DNA of 64,000 nucleotides. It comes from the human T2T-CHM13v2.0 reference genome, Homo sapiens. Shown piece by piece: positions 1-15,264 of the stretch (the first letter of the stretch is position 1; each line of letters starts with the position of its first letter). The stretch is from the NCBI RefSeq assembly GCF_009914755.1, contig NC_060926.1. One strand, written 5' to 3'. Both the position numbers and the translations under genes were made by a program. A model generated the notes under the pieces. That model was not told the DNA's origin. It saw only the letters and a list, made by a program, of their open reading frames with translations, and did no database searches.

Positions 1-1930
1 ATGCTTGCTTTTACAACATTCTTTTCACAAAAGCATAGAGTATGATTTACTTGCACTGTGTGAGAATAACAAATACTATTATACAGATTACTGGGACATA
101 TTTGTCAAGGTAAATAAGGCTTTGGATAAAGCAACAGGTATAGCAATAATTTTATTTCATGCAATTATTCTAGACAATAATAAATAATATCCTTTGGCCT
201 AATATTGACATATTTTTAACTGCCAGGTTTAAATGATATTTGCATTGAGTTCAATACAGACTGATAGAAGTCTGAGACACAATTTACATTCTTCATGTGT
301 GCTTTAGTATTTTTATTGATCTGTATCTCTGACAAAAGTGTGGGTGTGGAATTAGACCTTTTATATATTCAACTATTGCTACTGAGTTGGATAGAGTTAG
401 TTTTCTCTGATGCCACATTTTTTTCTAACTGATTTTTTTCGCTTTTCTAAAAAATAAACTAAATCACTGCTCAATCAACCTCATTCACAAATGAGCGTAA
501 ACAATACATTTAAAAATTTTGATTTTATTTGGAAGGAGGGAGGTTTAAATCATATGGACTTAGTACATGATTTTTAACATCAAAGAACAGCTCATTTCCC
601 TACTTCTTGCAATTAATGAGGCTTCATGATAAAAGAATTTTATATAATTAATGTGCATCATTAGTTTAGTCCATTCTTTTAGACAGATTGAAAGAAATAG
701 CAAGCTTAAAAATAAAAACTGCTGAAACTAATAATTATGCCTCCATCATATTTGCAACATATGTGTCTAGTTTATCAGGTTAATATGGTTCTTAATGTGC
801 TTGCTTCTGGCATAATTAAGCAAAGCTGTCTAATTAATTTCAAATACTCAGCTTCTGTTAAGATAGCTCAAAAACACATAGAACATACAAAGAAACTTGT
901 GATAAACATAAAAATGTGTCCTCTACTAGAACCAAATAAGCAAAGGAGTTCACTCAGTGGCCCAGATTGACCATCTAGGCACTAAAGTAGATATAATTAT
1001 TTGTATAATGGAACCTGAGCATATTTTCTTTTATAAATAACTAATACCAAAGCTTAGTCATTCTCACAGGATCGCTGTGAGGACAAAAAGCAATTCTGAA
1101 GTGAAAGTTCTGTGTTAGTTTTAAACCACTATACAAACACTGGTTAGTAATAGAACCACTATTATTCATAGAGGCTAACATTTACAGGAAAGCCACAGGA
1201 AGTGAGCATAGGTGCTTTAGAGGAGCAAGAAAAGATGTAGGAAAACTACATAAGCAGATGCGAGAATCCAAAAAGCTCCACAATCTAAAGCCAGTTAGAT
1301 TGAGGACAAATGACCCTGAGCATTTTACTGTGTTCAGGAGTCTCATTGCATTACAATTAAGAGTTGGTATCTTACAGTCAACTCTAAGTCATCAAGAAAA
1401 TATTGAAGCAAATACAGTGTCCTTGGCTTAAAAAACATATGTATTTTAGAAAGATCTATCTAAAATGCTTTAAGAAGTAAAAACTTTTGACCAGCTTAGG
1501 TACAAGCCTTTATATATAGGGAAAACTCAATTACCTACAATGATAAGTTATCTCAGAGCTCCCCATTGCTGAGTATTTTATATGTATATATATATAAAAA
1601 ATATACTCACATATATGCACATATATATGTTTGTAATGTACTTATATGTCTAATGAACATATTTTACTCATGTATGTTTTTTTAAATCATAAATGTCTAC
1701 TCGTACAATCTATAAATGGTAGAAGCACTAGAGTAATGTAGACCATCCTAGCAGACCGTTAAACCTGATGATAGGTTAGTCTCTGTCCAGAGAAACATCA
1801 TAAGGACAGTAGTCTTAGAGCTTTTCTACTTTAACCGCATGGCCAGTTAATATGTGTTTTTGTTTTGTTATGTTTTTACAATATGATTGAAGATAACACT
1901 ACAGAAGGCTTTGTAAATTTTTATTTTTAG

Positions 1931-2065
<135 letters not shown>

Positions 2066-2379
2066 TAAAATGTTTAATTGTCTTTGCCACAAATATTCCA
2101 GGAGCTGCACTCTATGTATAGCCTCATATCTCTAGGAGGATGCACATTTTTCCAGATCTTGTTGCTGCGTCAGTTAATACAACCACACAGGGAGATTTGC
2201 TCATGTTCTGTGATGTATTTCTGCGACCTTTTTCCTTTAGGAATTTTACTTTTCTAATCAAATCCAAAAGCATCCCTTTTGTCTGAACACAAAAATCACA
2301 CAGATGAGTAAAATTAAGAGTTACTCTGCAAATCAAGATTTTTAAGTTAGTGTGTTAGTCTAAAGTCTAGACTCCAGAT

Positions 2380-2605
2380 CAGGAGGTAGCACACATTTTC
2401 TGTTAAGGTCTAGATCATAAGTAATTTTGGCTTTGCAGGCCGTACTGCTTCTGTCACTACTCAATTTCTATTAGAGAGCAAGAGCAGCCACAGATAACTA
2501 AACAAATGGGTGTGGTTGTAAATAAATGGGCTTGGCTGTGTTCCAGTAAAACTTCATATACCAAAACAAGTGGTGGGTAGGTTAGAATTTACCTGTCTTT
2601 GAGCT
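2380..2605. mobile_element. MER58A-like hAT-Charlie DNA transposon relic
   Basis: TTTTCTGTTAAGG...GGCTTTGCAGGCC...AAATGGG...GGCTGTGTTCCAGTAAAACTT...CAAAACAAGTGGTGGG resembles the recalled MER58A consensus. Confidence 0.7.
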
Positions 2606-2859
2606 AGACTAAGTTTTTAAAAATGAAATTGAAATTTAGAAAAATATCAGTGACAGGTAAGAGAAAAACTCTGTTTTTTCTCTGGAGCAAACAGAAACAC
2701 CCTATCCACACAGTTAAAATGCATTCATTTTCCAAAACTCTTGAAGTAAATGCATTTAACTGAATGTGACATTTGGTGTGACTGTAGTCTGAGATGCTAA
2801 AATTGATTTTTTTTTTTTTGGCTAAATCTAATGTGCATCTCTCACACTATATTTTTTCT

Positions 2860-3480
2860 GACTTTAATTGACAATGTCGAACACCCTCATGGCAACATTT
2901 TTTTCCCTTGGTTTCCATAACAACAGAGTATAATGGCTTTTCCCCTACTCTTTGTGTGCTCCTTCTCAGGCACCTGTGTGGGGGACTCTCTGTCCATTAC
3001 CAAGATGTAAGAGGTCCTCACAATTATGTTATGGGAATTTATTCTTCTCAACGTTTCTCTTCTTTCTAGTGAATCACATCCACTCCCATGATTTAAATAA
3101 TCTATGTGGTAATGACTCTGAAGTCTGTACTGCTAGGCCAAATCTCTCTGTGCATCAGATGCTTATATCTCAATGACTGATATACTTCTCCAATTAGATT
3201 TCTCATAAGTACAGCAAACTCAATATGCCCCATTTTCTTCTATCTAAATTCCTTCTTTAACTTACAGTCTTTATGCTACTGTATCAGTAAATGACATTAA
3301 CATTAACTCAGTGACCAAAGCATGGAGTTATCTTTGGCTCCTTCCTTTCCTTCATTCCCTACATTCAAGCCGTCACCAAGTCCTGCAATTTCTGCCCCAT
3401 AAATACCTCTTAAGCTATATACTTTTCTCCATTCCCATAGCAAGTATCATCTATTAGCACCACTAATTTCATTATCAAAA
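2860..3480 (-). mobile_element. Degraded L2 LINE fragment
   Basis: Pyrimidine-rich L2-type motifs such as CATCCACTCCCATGATTTAAAT and CATTCAAGCCGTCACCAAGTCCTG. Boundaries approximate. Confidence 0.55.
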
Positions 3481-3619
3481 CATTTAAAAATTACATCTGC
3501 CCTCCCCATTTTATAAATTATTGTACCACATCTTCAGTTTCAGATCATATAGCCACTACATACCGTGTTATCTCCCTCTTTGCCCTTATTTCATCTTAGT
3601 TTTCAGGTTGCAAGATATT

Positions 3620-5270
3620 AATGCCCACCACCAATGCTTACCTTGATGTTTCTGCAGTTGTTCTGATATTAAAGCTTGGTTTCTAGTAGACTCTTCTAAA
3701 CTCTTCATGGAAACAATATTCGTTGAATTCTTACATGCTGATAACAATTTGTCTGTGACCTTTATAACAAAAAGTCAGTTTTGCTGAAATTAAAATCTTT
3801 GGCTTATACTTTCATTGTATTCTTTGATACATTATTTTATTTTCTTCTGGCATAAAGTGTTGGAATAGCTTGATAACGATCTAATTTTATTTTCCTTATA
3901 AGATGTATATTTTTTCTTAAATATACCCACAGATTTTTTTCTTTTTATTATTTAAAATCTAGCAATTTTACTAGATTAGTTCTTGGCATTGGTCATTCTT
4001 CACTAGTGTCAGTTACCCAGTGTGCTCTTTCTGTATGTTGTTGCATGCTTTTTTGTATCAAGAAAGTTTGTTTTAATTATAACTATTTAATATTTAATCT
4101 GTTTTATTATATAGTTTTTTCTTCAAGAATTCCTATTATCTATACCTTGAATGTTTTTTGCCTATTTTTATTATCTGTCTCTTTCTCTCAAATTCTTTTC
4201 ATATTTATTTCTTTCTGATTATTGAAAAAGTTGTTTTCATTCTTCTGTTTCTCTTAAGCCACTTTTTATTGTGTTTATTTGCTCTTGTATTTCTTTTAGT
4301 TTAGTTTTGTTGCTGATATTTTTATCTTTTATTTCTATTTTTTCTGATTTCTGGCACCTCACTTATGAGATTTTAAATTCTGATTCATGATGTTCTTTCA
4401 GGTCTTTTATCATGTTCTTAATGTCTTTTAATTCATTTTGAAGTCATAGGTTAAATTTTTGATATATTTTTAGGGCATGTTTTTCTGGCATGTTTTCATT
4501 ATCTACAGGGATATTATAATGCCCTTTGCACTTTTATTTTCTTTTAATAACTTCATATATTATTTACCTTGGTACATTTCTGTTTCTCATTTTTATGTAA
4601 AATTAGTTTTCCCAAACCTTAGAAGGATAAAAATCAGGATGGTTTTTCTAACTTCACAGAGCTACCTCTTTTAGTTTTCATATGCTGATCAAGAAAATAA
4701 GGCAGCTTGATTTCCAGAATTCCCTGGCTTGGCTCCTCTTCTCCATATTTTTCAGAACCTTCTCTTTCATTTCTGTAATCATTATCCTGCTCAATCTTGA
4801 TTCTACTCTCCTATTTTTTCTCACTTTGGGATTCTGTTTAAAAGGGGAGCCCAGTTTTAGGAGTTCAACCTCACTAGCCTCTTCAAGTCTTCCTTACCAC
4901 AGGGACCTTGCACTCATTGTCTATTGGAGATCACAAATCTCCTCAAAGTTTCAGCTGCTGTTCTCTGATTGGCATGTGATACTTTCCAGGAAATATTAGT
5001 TGGTTATTTTGTGGTCTCATATTTTCAGGTCCATCAGACATCTTCCTTGCTCCCTCTGCTATCACCAATACAGATGAGACCATCATGCTGGCCTTGTGAC
5101 TGTTAGTGGTTTCTCCTTAGTTCTTTGTATTTTGATGTTGAGGGGGCTATCTTGTCACTTCATTTAGTTGTAAATGTTCCCCATGGGTTTTAAGTTTTGC
5201 TATCTTGTTGATGTATCTGTTTTTATGTGTAGATTCATAGATATTTCGAAAACTATGCTCCTGCCTCTGA
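3620..5270 (-). mobile_element. Old L1M/HAL1-type fragment (5'/ORF1 region, antisense)
   Basis: Very T-rich stretch typical of antisense L1 ORF1 relics. It explains the Phe/Leu/Ile-rich spurious ORFs at 4006-4999. Confidence 0.5.
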
Positions 5271-5707
5271 CTAGAGTTCATTTTAATTTTAAATCACTCA
5301 ATTTGTTAATCTCCTTAAAGAGGCCACATAAGCAATTGTTAGGCACACCTTCCAGCTCGTTCAAAATCCAGTTAACAAAGAAGCTCATATTGTTGATTTG
5401 TATGTGTTTGCTACTCAGGATTTATTGGAAATTACAACGCCTCACATAAATCATTGAATTAGCACAAGTTCAGTCCTATCACTCTGCACCATGTATAACC
5501 ATATGTGCATTACCCTATAATACCTATTATGCCAATACCTGACACACATCATAAAATTCTAAACACTGCAAGACATACATCATATAAAGTATTGGTGGTA
5601 ATATTATCTAACAGAAATGTTCAACTAATAGGGCCATTCCCATTGCTAGTAACTTAAGTTTACTAGTCTGTAACTCATTGAAATAATTAATCCCCAATTC
5701 CCTATGA

Positions 5708-7261
<1,554 letters not shown>

Positions 7262-8210
7262 AATATCTATGGCCACTGACAGTCCACACTTAGGCACTGA
7301 GAGATATTGATGTTCTGAAATAAGATTTTATGAATTTGGATACCCTTTTGAGGAACTTGATGTAAACATGGTGTTCAGAAATCTCGTGTCTATCTCAATG
7401 GGATATTTCTTGTATTACACCTTGTCATTTTTTTCACAATTTATTTACATCTACTTTTGTTTGAACTGGAATGAAGAGATGAAACACTATGGATATGTTT
7501 TCCATTCAAATGGCACTTTAGCATATTGTTCTGTTTTCCTGTAAAACATCATGGGTGTGATTTTTATACTGCTGATACTTGTCACAATTATTATAACTTC
7601 TCTGTAATTTCCTCTGAAATAAAATTGAATCACCTGAGGTGCAAACCAAAATACTTCTGTAACTTTTTTTGATATATACTGTCATTCTAAGTACATATAC
7701 TCCTTATGACTTGGGAAGTATTTGTCTTGAGGCAAGTATTTACCACCCACACTAAAATAATGCTGGAAAAAATAAAATACTAAACTGAAGGCACAGTATT
7801 ATTAGAAAGTGTAACATTTTCATTTTCTCTTTTACTCTACATTTTAAAGATACGAGGGTTATTGTTCTTGAAATAATTACCTATATTAAATTATCATAGA
7901 ATGTGTCTATAAACATTTGACGAAAAATGTTGATTTTCCTCCAGAATAATGTGAAGTCCATACTCAGAAATTAACTAGAAAGGTTTTAGACATTACTTAA
8001 ATAAATTATTCACATTGCATTTGTATTGCTTGCTCTGTGTAATTGATAAGTATAACAATCATATCACTACAGTTTGTCAGGTTTTCTTCTTATCATATTT
8101 GATGAATATTAAGTTTTTCTGTTATGAAAACATATTCCTCTAAAATTTGGCTTCTAAATGTTCTACTGCCTTTGTTCTTCCTCAAATAAATTTTATGATT
8201 CTGAAAAAAA
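7262..8210 (+). terminator. XIRP2: XIRP2 3' UTR with candidate polyadenylation signals
   Basis: AATAAA at 7618-7623 (U-rich tract downstream near 7664, likely main site), 7771-7776, 7999-8004 and 8185-8190. Confidence 0.65.
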
Positions 8211-8414
8211 ATGAACATAAATAAGTGGCTTTGCATAAATTTGTAGTGTACATATATGAAACAGGACTTATCCCATATTCTCCTACGTAAACACAAACTA
8301 TTGACATTCTATAAATATAAAACCAAAATGCAAACTTGGAAACTATTTCTTTTCAGAAAGACTAACAAATTCCCTCTTGCTAGTATGTTCTTAATAGATA
8401 TCTAAGACCTACAT

Positions 8415-8797
8415 TGCATTAGTTCCCTAGGGCTTACATAATTAAATATCACAGACTGGGTAGCTTAAACAACAAAAAATATATTTTCTCACAGTTCAGA
8501 AAGGTGGAAGTACAGGGTCAAGTTGAAGATAGGCTTGGTTTCTCCTGAGGCCTCTCTCCTTGGCTTGCCAATAGTCACCTTGTTGAGGTCCACACATAGT
8601 CTTCCCTCTGAGCACTCACACTCCTAGTGTCTCTTTCTCTTCTTATAAGAGTACCAGTCCTTTTGGACTAGGAACCACTCATTGGACTTCATTTAACCTT
8701 ACTTGCCTTTTTAATGGATGTATTTCCAAATATAGTCATATTGGGGTTTAGGGCTTCAACATATGAGCTTTGTGGGAACACAGTTCAGTTCATAACA
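8415..8797. mobile_element. MLT1-family (MaLR) solo LTR
   Basis: Starts TGCATTAGTT...CACAGACTGGGTAGCTTAAACAAC...TTCTCACAGTTC and ends CACAGTTCAGTTCATAACA. Confidence 0.8.
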
Positions 8798-9244
8798 AAC
8801 ACATACTTTTACCCGATTAAATGAAATACTATGAAAGTCTAGCAAGAAAATGGCCAGAGCTACAGAAGTAAATTTTTTGTTTAAACTGAATTACTGCACT
8901 TTACCCTTCAAATATTCTGAATGACACAGCATTATTTCTATAATCATTTATAGTAAGATAACACAATAGTTTTCATGCAGAAAGAAATAATTCGTGAAAA
9001 CTCATGACATAGTATTACTGTATAGTTTCTTAGTGTCAGTGATCCTTTTAAAGAATGTGACTCTTGCTTTACAAAGGTCCTCTTGTTGGACTCTTCCTAC
9101 TGAATCTTGGTAGCCTAGTCCCCTCTTCAATTATGGTAAAATTTAAGATTAAAAGTAGCTGCTGTGCACACCAGGGAAAACAATGAAAATAATGATTGTT
9201 CTGATTTTTCATTTAATCAACAAGCAATTTTGTGCCCTCATCTT

Positions 9245-9772
9245 TTTTTAAAAAAAATTTTTAGGTACATAGTAGGTATGTATATATGTATGCAGTACAT
9301 GAAATGTTTTGATACAGGCATGCAATGCAAAATAAATACATCACAAAAAATGGCGTATCCATCCCCTCAAGTATTTATCCATTGAGTTTCAAATAATCCA
9401 ATTATACTCCTTAAATTATTTTAAAATGTACAGTTAAGTTATTATTGACTATAGTCACCCTGTTGTACTATCAAATAGTAGGTCTTATTCATTTTTTCTA
9501 ATTTTTCATACCCATTAACCATCCCCCCTTCCTGCTACTACCCTTCCCAGCCTCTGGTAACTATCTTCTACTCTCTATGTCAATGAGTTCAATTGTTTGA
9601 TTTTTAGATCCCACAAATAAGTGAGAACATGTGATGTTTTTCTTTCTGTGCCTGGCTTATTTTACTTAACATAATGACCTCCAGTTCCATCCATGTTGTT
9701 GCAAATGACTGGATATCATGCTTTTATATGGCTAAATAGTACTCCATTGTGTATATGTAACATATTTTCTTT
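9245..9772 (-). mobile_element. L1MA/L1PB 3'-end fragment
   Basis: GATCCCACAAATAAGTGAGAACATG...GCCTGGCTTATTTTACTTAACATAATGACCTCCAGTTCCATCCATGTTGTTGCAAATGAC is typical antisense L1 3' sequence. Confidence 0.9.
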
Positions 9773-10019
9773 CAAGAAAACATTTTTAAAAAATTTTTAA
9801 TCAGAAAGAGGCATTGTATTATGATTATTGGCTGCATCACCTTTCTTGAATGACATGTAGGAGTTTACAAATTCAAATATGCAAATACAATTTTATTTAG
9901 TAATGGTTTCGCTCTAATTATAACAAAATCTTCCAGCTAAATAGCAAGCTTTAGGATCTAAAATGTAGCTAAACACACAAATCAAAAATTCAGTGAAGTT
10001 TTCTTATTGTTGCAGTCAG

Positions 10020-10399
10020 TGTATTATTTTTCTAAAGCTGTCATAAGTAAGTACCACAGACTGAGTGACCAAACAGAAATTTATTTTCTCACAATTCTGC
10101 AAGTCGGAAAAATCTGATATCAAGGTGTTGGCCAGCTTGGTTTCTTCTGAGGCCTCTCTACTTGGCTTGTAGATAGTCATCTTCTTTCTGTGTCTTCCAT
10201 GGCCTTCCTCTATATGTGTCTATGTTCCAATTTCTTATAATGTTCCAACTCATATTGGAGTAGGGCCCAGCCTCATGACCTCATTTTACTTTAATTACTT
10301 CTTGAAAGACCCTATCTCCTTAAAGAGCTGAATTCTGAGATGCTGTGGCTTAGGATTTCACCATATGAATTTGCGGGGAACACAATTCAGCCCATAACT
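10020..10399. mobile_element. MLT1-family solo LTR
   Basis: GTACCACAGACTGAGTG...AGAAATTTATTTTCTCACAATTCTG...TCTTCTGAGGCCTCTCT...CACAATTCAGCCCATAAC; same family and orientation as 8415-8797. Confidence 0.8.
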
Positions 10400-10778
10400 G
10401 GTAGTAACCATGTTTAATCTTTAGGGTTTTTTAAAAAATACATGGCTATTAATGTTATGTAACAACTTCCCATAATCTTTTCTTGGGATTTACGTCACAG
10501 AACTATGTAATATATGATTTGTGTTGTAAAAATTAATATTTCCATAAACAAAATTATGTTATAAAGGAATGAAGATGGATCCATGATTGACCAAAAGCTG
10601 TTCCACAGGAGGCTGTGTGATGGCAGAGCATAGCATATAAGGGGTTTTGCATTATTTATTCAAGACTAGACCTTCCAATGAATCTTGTAAAAATGTTCTA
10701 TTTCCCATAAAATTGTGCTGAATTGTCTTTTTTGCAGCTTCCACACAATCAATCCTTGCAACAGATTTGGGGCTCTGG

Positions 10779-10854
10779 GCAACACATTCTTTGGATTGGG
10801 ACAATAGTTTTCTCACAGCAACACATTCTTTGGATTGGGACAATGGTTTTCTCA
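10779..10854. repeat. 39-bp tandem duplication, 2 copies
   Basis: GCAACACATTCTTTGGATTGGGACAATRGTTTTCTCA at 10779 and 10818, one mismatch in 37 nt. Confidence 0.95.
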
Positions 10855-12007
10855 AATTACAATAAAACTGACAAATGCAAACTTACCACCCACTCCCTAA
10901 TGCACAACCATTTTACGCATCGGGAATATTTTCTCCCAAGCTAACAATTTTCTATAAACATCTCTAGAATAATTTCTAAAGACATATTAATTTTTCAAGA
11001 AACTGAAAAATAGAAAAACAATACTTTCTCTGCTGTGTTTTGATAGTTACTGACTACTGGTTACTATCCAATTGGGAAATGGAAAATTTTTTCATTGCCA
11101 AGAAAAAGAACTTACAGAAAGATAATCACAGATGTTAAAGTAAAAGAGAAGTGCAATACATTTTTTTCTTCCTGGAAATGTTACTGAGAACTGAGAGTGA
11201 CTTCTAAATCTAATGTAAAAGTTTTGAATTCTGAAGGTATTAATGATAATACGAAATCTTACGTTAAAAAAATCAAATGTAATGGAGATCAGAAATAGGC
11301 AGCAGATACAATATTTATATTCAAAATAAGAGCCATGAGAACATGTGAGAAGTGCTGAAGAGTACTAAGCCTCAACCCTCTAGAAATCAACTTTAATAGA
11401 AGACATGAAACATTTTTTGGTAAATATTGTCTAAAAATGATTTAACCTCAATAATGATGGAGTCCTTTAAAAGTCTAATTTAAGCTACCTGACATTTACT
11501 GTGGATGTTTTTCCCAAAAGATATTATGAGAAATTTTAAAACTTTATATATTTGTATGCAAATGAAGTGGCAGAGGGAAGATAACGTAGAATATCTACAG
11601 TGTGGTCATTTTCCTCGACGTAGTACCGATTTATAGAAAATAAAATGGATGGAAAATGGATAGAAAGGCTGACAAATAAATACTATGGCATCACCCAGTC
11701 AACAGCCATTCCACAAGCATTTATGGGACCATTTGAATGCACTGGAAGAGTGATTAAGAAAACAATAGATAAATTATGGTATCTTTTGTGTAAAGCTCTC
11801 AGACAAGGAAGAGACATTCAAAACATAAAGTGAAATAACTCAGTACAGTTAATGCTTATGAATGTAGGAAATCCAAGAAAATGGATAGCCACCGAGTCCT
11901 GTTAAATTGGAAGACAGCAGAATAATAGTAAACAGGTGGAAAAGTGTTTTGGGTTTAAATAATCAGTCTTCACTTTGTCATAATTTACTTAGTTGTAATT
12001 ATGTGAT

Positions 12008-12940
12008 TGTGGATTCTATGATACACAATCAAGATTCCTCTTCAGGAATGATTTACTGCCACATATGATCAAAGCGCTGGCCCCAGAAGGGTATTAATTA
12101 TCAGCTCCCTGCCAGGATTGCTTTAGCTAAAATAACTGACTTTCCAAGGTGGACTATTTTCGTTTTTTGTCAATGGAAGGACAACTCAGCACAACTCTTA
12201 AGGCTCACTGTCACTCCAGCTCAGAACTCCCTATAGAATTGGCTGAGGGTGCATCTCAGGTCAGCTTCTGCCAAATCATGCTTCTTTCCCTTCCCTTTCT
12301 TTCCCTTGATACCAAGAGCATGCTCTAATAAACCTCCTACACATTAATCTCTGGCTCAGAATCTACTTCTTGGAGAACCCAACCTGGACTAACTGGTATT
12401 AGGAGTGGCCCAAAAAGCAAAGACTTGAATGGTATCTTGGAGCTGAATTCTTTTCTGCCTGGCTGGCAATGGGCACAAGGTGGCAGTGCGATTGTTAAAA
12501 TTCTCAGCAGTGGTACACTAGCATGACTTTACTGGGTGAAGCAAATGCCTAGCTGGTACCATGTATCAAATATCTGAGACATGCAGGGAAAATAGCGATT
12601 ACGAAGAAAGTGGAACTCGGAAGTCGTTGCTAAATGCTGAGAAAAAAGTTAACAAAAAGATGAATAATTAAATCAACAATTAAAAGTAAGAGTGGCTGAG
12701 CTCCATGGAAAGTTAAACTCCCTAACACAGTCAGGGACTTTTTTGGGAAAAAATGGGATTTTGAACATGGATGGTTGTATGTTGGTTGATACAACCAAAA
12801 ATATTAAAATAGCAGATTCCTCTGAACCTACAGAAGTGGCCTATTCCTCTCTTTATTATTATTATCGTTGTTGTTGTTGTTGTACTGCAGCATTATCACC
12901 TACACTTTTACTTAAAGATGCTAAAGATGCATCCCCCCCC
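12008..12940 (+). mobile_element. LTR16-like ERV-L LTR plus start of the internal region
   Basis: LTR end AATAAACCTCCTACAC...CTCAGAATCTACTTCTTGGAGAACCCAACCTGGAC (~12390) is followed by a tRNA-Leu-type PBS-like TGGTATTAGGAGTGG at 12394-12408. Confidence 0.65.
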
Positions 12941-12949
12941 AAATCAACT

Positions 12950-13310
12950 GGGTAGTTCTGCTGGTCTTTGTGGGCCTCACACAAGCATCAGCACATCTGC
13001 TGGGAACTGTGTTCTAGGCTCTGCTTGGTTGGGGCACATTACCTGGGACAGCTCTACCCTAGGTAATTTCATCATCCTCCTGTGACCTGCAAGTTACTCT
13101 GAGCATGCTCTTTTCATGGCAATGGAAGAAGTAAAGGAGAAGAGCAGTGACACACTAGGCTCAGAACTGGCACACAGTTTACTGCTGCCTCATTCTAATA
13201 GCCAAAGCAAGCCTTATACTCGAAGAAACAAAGTGAGACAGCACTGCCAATGTGTGTGAATGCAGGGAGTCGTAAAGAATTGAGGCCATCAGGGCAGTAT
13301 ACATCATAAT
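12950..13310. mobile_element. Old MLT1-type LTR fragment
   Basis: GGCTCAGAACTGGCACAC...CTGCCTCATTCTAATAGCCAAAGCAAG motif typical of old MLT1 subfamilies. Confidence 0.5.
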
Positions 13311-15264
13311 TATTTAAAATCAATGTGTTTTATTACAATACTAGTTCAATATACAGTTAACTTTTTGTCTGTTTCACGATGTGGCTGGGTTGTGCTGTAG
13401 GATAGAATTTCACATAGGTGCGGCCCATGTTAAAAGGCAGATAAATCCCACCTAGGAAGAGACCAGTAAATGATTCAAAGTTGCTGAAAACAGATAACAT
13501 GCACACCAAGTTCAGGTGCTAGAGTATTTACTTACAGCAAGACAGAGAGAGTACACAAGATTCAGGCCCTTGCAATGTTAAGGCTAGTAGGTCCATTTTG
13601 AAGATGACAGTGGCCCTTTGGCTGCGTGCACCCCACTTCTTGCTGCAGTAGATGGATCCAAACCCTTTTCCTGCAGTGTCCGAAATACAGGATTTGGGGG
13701 AAGAGGAGGAATGTGCTGAAGGGACACAGATAAACACATAACTAGGCAGTTCTGAGAAAGGTTTTCATGTGTCAGATATAGAGGGAACGGGGATGTACTG
13801 GCTGAGCTGTTTGCATGCAATTAAAAGCACGAGTTAGCCAGCACATCCTGTACCTAAGACTCTTTGGAAACACAGTAGAGCTGTTGGGCTATACTTGGAC
13901 ACTTCCCTCACATTATCATATCAACTTAATATCACTTCTAATAAATGAAAACTTAAAAGGCTCAAAGACGCAATAATTGGTAATGACCACTACTGTATTC
14001 ACCATCTTTTTTGCTGCATGTTTTGTAAAATGGTGACAGATTTTTATTTACTAGTCTTCAAGGTAGTCCAATAACCCCTGTTAAATCATTTCCTTCAGGA
14101 GGAGGGCAGACTGGTTAAAGAATACTTCTGGTGAAAACACCTTTCTACGTTGTTATTTGTCCATATAGAAGTTTCCTTAAACAAAAATTAACCTAAAAGA
14201 CAATTCCAAAATAATTCATTATTTTCTGAACTCTATCTAACCTAAAATATTTATTGCTCAATAAAAGCTTCAATGGCTTTTAATTGAGATGATATATAAA
14301 ACATAATTAACACTAGAAATATCTAAGAACAAATAATGAAAAAAATTAGTAAATGCCATTCCCTAGCTCATTAGCTGATTTCTTTTCAATCTTAATCCCT
14401 GAATTTAATATTGTGTGTGTGTGTGTTTGTATGTGTGAATGTGAGCATGTATGTGTTCAATAATGTCCAAATTATAAAACCATCGATATTAACAATTTTC
14501 AATGCTGTCCAGCCTGTTTTTAGCAAGCCAACATGTTCAATCTTCATGCTATCAAAATCACCAATTCTGAATACACATTTGTTATAAATTAAAAACCTTA
14601 GTTGGATAAATATATATCATCAAGTGAGTAATGTTTATGTTACCAGTTGCCGTTCAGATTATTCAGTTTACTCCTCTCAACTATGTTAATACCTGCATTG
14701 ATTTGTTGTTGTTAATGTAGTCATTGTGCTTATAAGCAAATGTACATCCGTTAACATAATTTCCTATAACCACACTATAGTTGTTCAAAACATTTTACTA
14801 ACCTCTGTTATCAACTATACTATTCCTAGCAATTTTATTCACATCCAAGGCTTCAATTATCTCTTTAATACCAGTAGCTCCTACATGTATATTACCTTCT
14901 GGGAGCTCTGTTCTGAACTCTAGAATCATATAGACAACTGCCTACTTGATAGTTTCTTATGGCTATTTCAAACGAACCTTAAGTCCAACAAGTCCTGATC
15001 AGAGTGTCACCCACCTCTAACCTCAAATTTGGGTCTCTGTGAGCATTTTCTTAGACAATCTAGTTGCTAAAACCAGAAAACCAAAAGTCATATTTTATAC
15101 CCTAATTTCTTTCATTTATTTACAACTTAAATCTTGTACCAAACCCAGTTGATTTTTACTAAACATCTCTGACTCTCACTTTTCCTTCCTAGCACATAGT
15201 ACATTTGTAATTACACATGGTCTTGCAAATTATTTGATTAATACCAGTGACATCCCCTTACCCC

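Noticed and set aside
10779-10854. CRISPR-like direct repeats
   Set aside because: Only two adjacent copies with no unique spacers, no cas genes, and a primate genomic context.
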